Below are positions 58,020 through 64,000 of a DNA stretch of 64,000 nucleotides, one piece after another; position 1 is the stretch's first letter; each line of letters starts with the position of its first letter. Origin of the DNA: Candidatus Zixiibacteriota bacterium (GTDB lineage Bacteria; Zixibacteria; MSB-5A5; GN15; JAAZOE01); NCBI GenBank assembly GCA_043819555.1, contig JBDREQ010000025.1, positions 162,244-226,243 of the forward strand, read 5' to 3'. Under the pieces are notes generated by a model that had not been told where the DNA came from, did not search any database, and was given only the letters and a program-made list of their open reading frames with translations. The position numbers and the translations under genes were made by a program.

Positions 58020-61000
58020 ATGAAATTCTCGGCAAAATGCGCAGTGTACGTCCCAATAATCATTATCCTCCTGTCAATAAACGTTTTCGCCAATGATTGG
58101 TTTGAAGGCCTACAAGAGGATGGAGTCTATAATAACTTTAGAGCAGAAACGGTTTATCTCGATGCCAAAGATAAAGCGGCAGGAGCCCGTTTGATTCATA
58201 ATAAGTCAGGCTTTACGCTTGATTTATTCCAGATTCAATCTCAACCGCAGGCTTTATTGTGGGTCAACAGCGATCACTTCAACAATCAGGGAGAACCGCA
58301 CGCTTGTGAACATTTACTTCTCGGAAAAGGCACTAAAGGCCGTTACGTTGCATCACTCGAAGCTATGTCTCTTGGCCGCAGCACCGCCTGGACGTCACAA
58401 ATATATACATGCTATCCATTCAGCTCCGGAGGCGGACTTGACGCCTTTTATTTGCTGTTCAAAGAAAAACTTGATGCTCTTATAAATCCGACTTTTTCCG
58501 ATGAAGAAATTCGGCGCGAGGTATATAACATCGGAGTGGAAAACGATGAATCTACCGGTCAACTTTTTCTGGAAGAAAAGGGAACAATTCATGCCGAAAT
58601 GATAAGCTATGCAGAAAAATACTGGAATTATTTCTATAGCGTCTCCAATAGAATGATTTATGGCGAATCACATCCCTTGGCTGTTAATGCCGGAGGTACG
58701 CCCGAAGCGATTCGAAATATGACAGTGGCCGATATGAGAATTTTTCACGATAAATACTATCAGTTAAACAATATGGGAGCCGTGATTGCTTTTCCGGGAT
58801 CTGTCTCTCCCGAAGTATTTTTGGGATGGATAAGTAATATTCTAAATGATTTATGCCGTGATTGCCCGGAGGCAGGGACCCGTCAAATTCAACGGATTCC
58901 ATACCCGGAACCAAATAATATCCCCGGCGAAATCAGAATGACTAATTACCCCGGAGCCAGCGACCAGGATCCGGGATATATAATGTATTCCTGGCCGGCA
59001 AATCTTGAATTGAATCTTGAAGAAAAATTCATGCTTGATGCTTTTCTGGACGTTTTGGCCAACAGCCAAACCTCAAATCTCTATAATAAATTTATTAATT
59101 CAGATACCCGGGTTATGGATTTGGGAGCCAACGGCGTGTGGGGAGGAGCCGATAATCAAATCGGAAATAGCATCAGCATTGGAATTACAAACGCTTCCCC
59201 CAACAATATCAATAACTCGACCCTCTCCGCAATAAAAAGGCATATAATTGAAGAAATTGCCGCCATCTCTGAATATCAACCGGGCTCAGATGATTTGAAA
59301 AAATTCAACGATCGGGTCAGGAGCAATCTTGTTCAAAGCAAAAAATCGGCGGCTAATATGCTGAACTCGCCGCCCGGATTTGGTCAAAGGCTGGGCAGCG
59401 GTTATTGGTACGAAATTATTAAAGACCTCGAAAGATACCCCGGATTTAAAAAATCTTTGATTTATAACGATATTTTTGATTATGGATTCAGTCAAATTGA
59501 GATAAGCGAAAACATCTGGAAACCGATTATCGAAAAGGCGCATCTTTTAATTGTTGATCCGATTGCGGTTGGCTGCAAAGCCGATCCGACACTACTCGAA
59601 GAAGCCGCCGCCGCCAAAAAAGAACGACTCGCCGCTTTTGCCGAAAAATTAAAAACCACTTACAATACCGAAAACAAGCAGGAAGCTCTGGCGAAATTTA
59701 AAGAAAATTATGATCGCGATACAAAAACCATTGATGATGAAATGGCCAAAATCCCGATGCCAAAATTCATCGATAATCCGCCGTTATCGCTTGATCCGCA
59801 ACTTGACTATTCGGCGGAAACAATATCGGGAACAGTGCCCATGGTGTATTCGAGGTTTGACAATATCACATCGGCAACATTTGGCATTGCTTTCAACCTC
59901 AGAGTAATTCCCCGTGACAAGTTGATCTATCTTCCTCTCATCCCGTCGCTGATTAAAGATATCGGCGTCATAAAAGACGGTGAAATCATCATGCATGATG
60001 CCCTGGATGATAAATTAAAAAATGAAGTTCTGGACCTGAACAGTTCCTTTACATCAAATCCAAATACGGGAAGAGTGGAACTATTGATAACCGGAGCCGG
60101 CAACAATATTGATGAAAGCGAAAAAGCTCTGGGATGGATAAAAACCGGACTTCTAACTCCATATCTCGAATTGGACAACCTATCGCGCATTCGAGACGTT
60201 GTAAATAACGATCTGACTGCGCTGCGAAGAAGGACTCAGACATACGAAGAGTACTGGGTTTACAGCCCGGCCAACGGCTACAAATATCAAAGCGACCACT
60301 TATATATGGCCGTGTCATGTTTTCTGACACAGGAACATTTTATGCACCGGCTCAAATGGCGACTGATGGACCCAGGTGATTCAAATACACTCCAATCTGC
60401 CCGGGAACTTTTAACGTCTCTTGCGACAGCAGGGGAAAGCTCATCCAAAGAAGACCTGATTGATTTTGCCTCCACTTTTTCCACTGGCGATCCGGCGCGA
60501 TTTGAAGGTGGGCATTTCGGGCAGTTTGTCGAGGCGTACATGCTGAGCCCGGTCGAGGCGCAGGATATTATTCAGGATGCCCTGTCTGATATGGCCATAA
60601 TTCTCTCTTACGCACCTGCGGAAAATATGCCGCAGGAATGGGCATATTTGGCCAGCCAAATGAACAGTGATTTGCAATTCAGACCGGAAAAAGTCCTGAC
60701 CGACCTGAAAGAAGCTATGGGATTGATTCGAAACAAAAATATTGCCCGCACTTATTTGATATCCAATGTCGATGATAAAAAACAACTGGAACCGGCCCTG
60801 ACCGAATTAATCAAGAGCTTTGATGATATTAATCCGGTGTTTCCAGAAGTGGGCAATTCACCAGCCGTTTGGGAGCGAATGAAAAGCCGTTATCCGAATT
60901 TGATAAAACCGGTTTACGTTGGACTGGCTATAAAAGATTCCCGAAATGGTGTTTTTATATTCAGGGCTGAAGGGGCCAACTATAATACGGCTGATGCGGA

Positions 61001-61586
61001 TAAGCTCCTTGATTTTTTGACGGCAAAACTCTACGGCGGTATGGGGAGCCACTCTTTGTTTATGAAAACATGGAGCGCCGGGTTGGCCTATTCAAATGGC
61101 TTAAGCTCTTATATATCGAACGGACAAATTCTTTATTATGCTGAACGATGCCCCGACCTGGCTACCACTATGCGATTTGTTGTTAATGAACTCAAGAATG
61201 CAACCTATGATTCAAAGCTCGCGGAATACGCGATTGCTCAGCCATTTCTTGCCAATCGAGGCGCTGACAGCTATCAAAGCCGAGGGGCGGCAATGGCGGC
61301 TAATCTGGCAGACGGTATAACACCCGATGTGGTGAAAGCCTTTCGGAAACGAATTCTCGATTTGAGAAATAAAGAAAACCTGTATGATATTTTGCAGGCG
61401 AGATTGGAAAAAGTCTGCGGCTCCGTACTGATTGGCTACGGTCATCCACTTTCTCAAATCAATGGATCATTTTTCATCATTGGTCCGGATGCACAATTTG
61501 AAAGTCTCTCCAAATACATTTCGGAAACCGAGGGCGCACAGGAAATCTATAAGATTTACGCGCGTGACTTTTGGCTGGTAAATTGA
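58020..61586 (+). CDS. Secreted M16 (insulinase-like) zinc metallopeptidase
   Basis: Signal peptide (...NVFA-ND), inverted zincin HACEH (HxxEH), downstream EEKGTIHAEM, NAGGTPEAI, C-terminal GLAYS. Confidence 0.75.
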   Translation: MKFSAKCAVYVPIIIILLSINVFANDWFEGLQEDGVYNNFRAETVYLDAKDKAAGARLIHNKSGFTLDLFQIQSQPQALLWVNSDHFNNQGEPHACEHLLLGKGTKGRYVASLEAMSLGRSTAWTSQIYTCYPFSSGGGLDAFYLLFKEKLDALINPTFSDEEIRREVYNIGVENDESTGQLFLEEKGTIHAEMISYAEKYWNYFYSVSNRMIYGESHPLAVNAGGTPEAIRNMTVADMRIFHDKYYQLNNMGAVIAFPGSVSPEVFLGWISNILNDLCRDCPEAGTRQIQRIPYPEPNNIPGEIRMTNYPGASDQDPGYIMYSWPANLELNLEEKFMLDAFLDVLANSQTSNLYNKFINSDTRVMDLGANGVWGGADNQIGNSISIGITNASPNNINNSTLSAIKRHIIEEIAAISEYQPGSDDLKKFNDRVRSNLVQSKKSAANMLNSPPGFGQRLGSGYWYEIIKDLERYPGFKKSLIYNDIFDYGFSQIEISENIWKPIIEKAHLLIVDPIAVGCKADPTLLEEAAAAKKERLAAFAEKLKTTYNTENKQEALAKFKENYDRDTKTIDDEMAKIPMPKFIDNPPLSLDPQLDYSAETISGTVPMVYSRFDNITSATFGIAFNLRVIPRDKLIYLPLIPSLIKDIGVIKDGEIIMHDALDDKLKNEVLDLNSSFTSNPNTGRVELLITGAGNNIDESEKALGWIKTGLLTPYLELDNLSRIRDVVNNDLTALRRRTQTYEEYWVYSPANGYKYQSDHLYMAVSCFLTQEHFMHRLKWRLMDPGDSNTLQSARELLTSLATAGESSSKEDLIDFASTFSTGDPARFEGGHFGQFVEAYMLSPVEAQDIIQDALSDMAIILSYAPAENMPQEWAYLASQMNSDLQFRPEKVLTDLKEAMGLIRNKNIARTYLISNVDDKKQLEPALTELIKSFDDINPVFPEVGNSPAVWERMKSRYPNLIKPVYVGLAIKDSRNGVFIFRAEGANYNTADADKLLDFLTAKLYGGMGSHSLFMKTWSAGLAYSNGLSSYISNGQILYYAERCPDLATTMRFVVNELKNATYDSKLAEYAIAQPFLANRGADSYQSRGAAMAANLADGITPDVVKAFRKRILDLRNKENLYDILQARLEKVCGSVLIGYGHPLSQINGSFFIIGPDAQFESLSKYISETEGAQEIYKIYARDFWLVN

Positions 61587-61909
61587 GGCGCCAAAAATTG
61601 TTAGCGAAAAACAACATGGCTTCGCTAAATAAATAATAGTGAATTATTAAATATATTAATCCTGACTTTAGATTATATTATTCCGGACGCAATCATTTCA
61701 AGATTTTTATTCGTACCTTATTTGGCGCTAGAGAACTTGATTTTTCAATCATTTATTGGAAAGAACGTAATTTTTTTTAGTCAGACCAAATATTGAACTA
61801 TTGCGTTGACCGATTGACTGACTTAACCTATTGATTATTATGTTCTTGTGATCGTATATGATAACTTGAAGAATTGTGAAAATTATTTTGAACATTGAGG
61901 CGAAATGCC

Positions 61910-61938
61910 TTGACAATAATTGATTAAAGTATTATTGT
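61910..61938 (+). promoter_or_regulatory. rrn upstream promoter (P1-like)
   Basis: TTGACA-N17-TATTGT. Confidence 0.6.
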
Positions 61939-62016
61939 CCCCTGCCGAATGAAAGAAAGGGTTGATAGGCAACGAGATTGGGACATCGCGGATAAGAAAA
62001 AAATAAAAAATATCTC

Positions 62017-62045
62017 TTGACACCCTTAGAATATGGCTTTATAAT
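62017..62045 (+). promoter_or_regulatory. rrn promoter (P2-like), perfect sigma70 consensus
   Basis: TTGACA-N17-TATAAT preceded by an A-rich UP-like tract. Confidence 0.85.
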
Positions 62046-62081
62046 GCAGGTCTGCCGGCAATATGGTCGGCAGTTTTTTTC

Positions 62082-62093
62082 GCTCTTTGAAAA
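62082..62093 (+). promoter_or_regulatory. rrn antitermination boxA
   Basis: GCTCTTTGAAAA immediately after a boxB-like hairpin. Confidence 0.7.
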
Positions 62094-62096
62094 CTT

Positions 62097-62138
62097 AATA
62101 ATATGTGCAAAGCGATCACATGTCGAAGAAGAACTGTT
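62097..62138 (+). other. 5' arm of the 16S processing stem; pairs with 63871-63908
   Basis: AATAATATGTGC..GCGATCACA...GAACTGTT is complementary to the ITS AACAGTTC...TGTGATCGC.GCACATATTATT. Confidence 0.8.
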
Positions 62139-62261
62139 AATAGTGGTAACGATTGTTTATATGACAATCGGAACCATACCAATTTCTATCCGAGCAATTG
62201 AAAGTGTCTGATTTGAGCGGATACTTCCGTTGTTTTCAAAAAAGAAATAATTTTTTAAAAA

Positions 62262-63814
<1,553 letters not shown>

Positions 63815-63959
63815 TAAGGAGTAGGTTTCGATTAACCGCTTCACAGCGGTCCAATCGAAAACCGAGGTCGAACAGTTCGCTTCTACTGTGATCGCCGCAC
63901 ATATTATTGGTGATAATTTTCGTCCGGCGCTTTTTCCGGCGCACCGTTTTTTCACCGAT

Positions 63960-64000
63960 GGGCTTATAGCTCAGTTGGTTAGAGCGCGCGCCTGATAAGC
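63960..64000 (+). tRNA. tRNA-Ile(GAT), truncated by the window end
   Basis: GGGCTTATAGCTCAGTTGGTTAGAGCG with anticodon loop CTGATAA, in the 16S-23S spacer. Confidence 0.92.

Overview
A 64-kb bacterial chromosomal segment. Gene content suggests the FCB group, possibly candidate Zixibacteria; this is inference and was not verified. In order: (1) the tail of a probable flgM, an HDOD gene and a glycan-modification island (TPR-glycosyltransferase, acyltransferase, HisH/HisF/WbuX-type acetamidino trio, epimerase, DegT aminotransferase) with sigma28-like promoters. (2) tRNA-Val, thrS, infC (ATA start missed by the ORF track), rpmI, rplT, pheST, zapB/zapA, rny, ymdB, folD. (3) A 1447-aa secreted protein with a T9SS-like/FlgD-Ig C-terminal domain, preceded by a sigma54-like motif and coupled to a PorV/PorQ-barrel+TPR fusion, followed by a membrane RsbW-HAMP-SpoIIE fusion and a GGDEF protein. 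(4) A polysaccharide block (Wza, TPR, BY-kinase, deacetylase, DprE1/DprE2 homologs). (5) ABC, peptidase, SDR and EamA genes. (6) Three ~850-aa paralogous secreted proteins of unknown function with the same CTD type, next to an orphan ECF-promoter-plus-terminator unit that looks like a ~65-nt sRNA. (7) pepC, trkAH, a secreted M16 peptidase and the start of an rrn operon (16S, partial tRNA-Ile). No mobile element or CRISPR array was seen. The best candidates for new biology are the T9SS-like CTD/PorV-TPR surface-protein system with its expanded paralog family, and the putative ECF-sigma-dependent sRNA. All calls are from reading the sequence; no searches were run.
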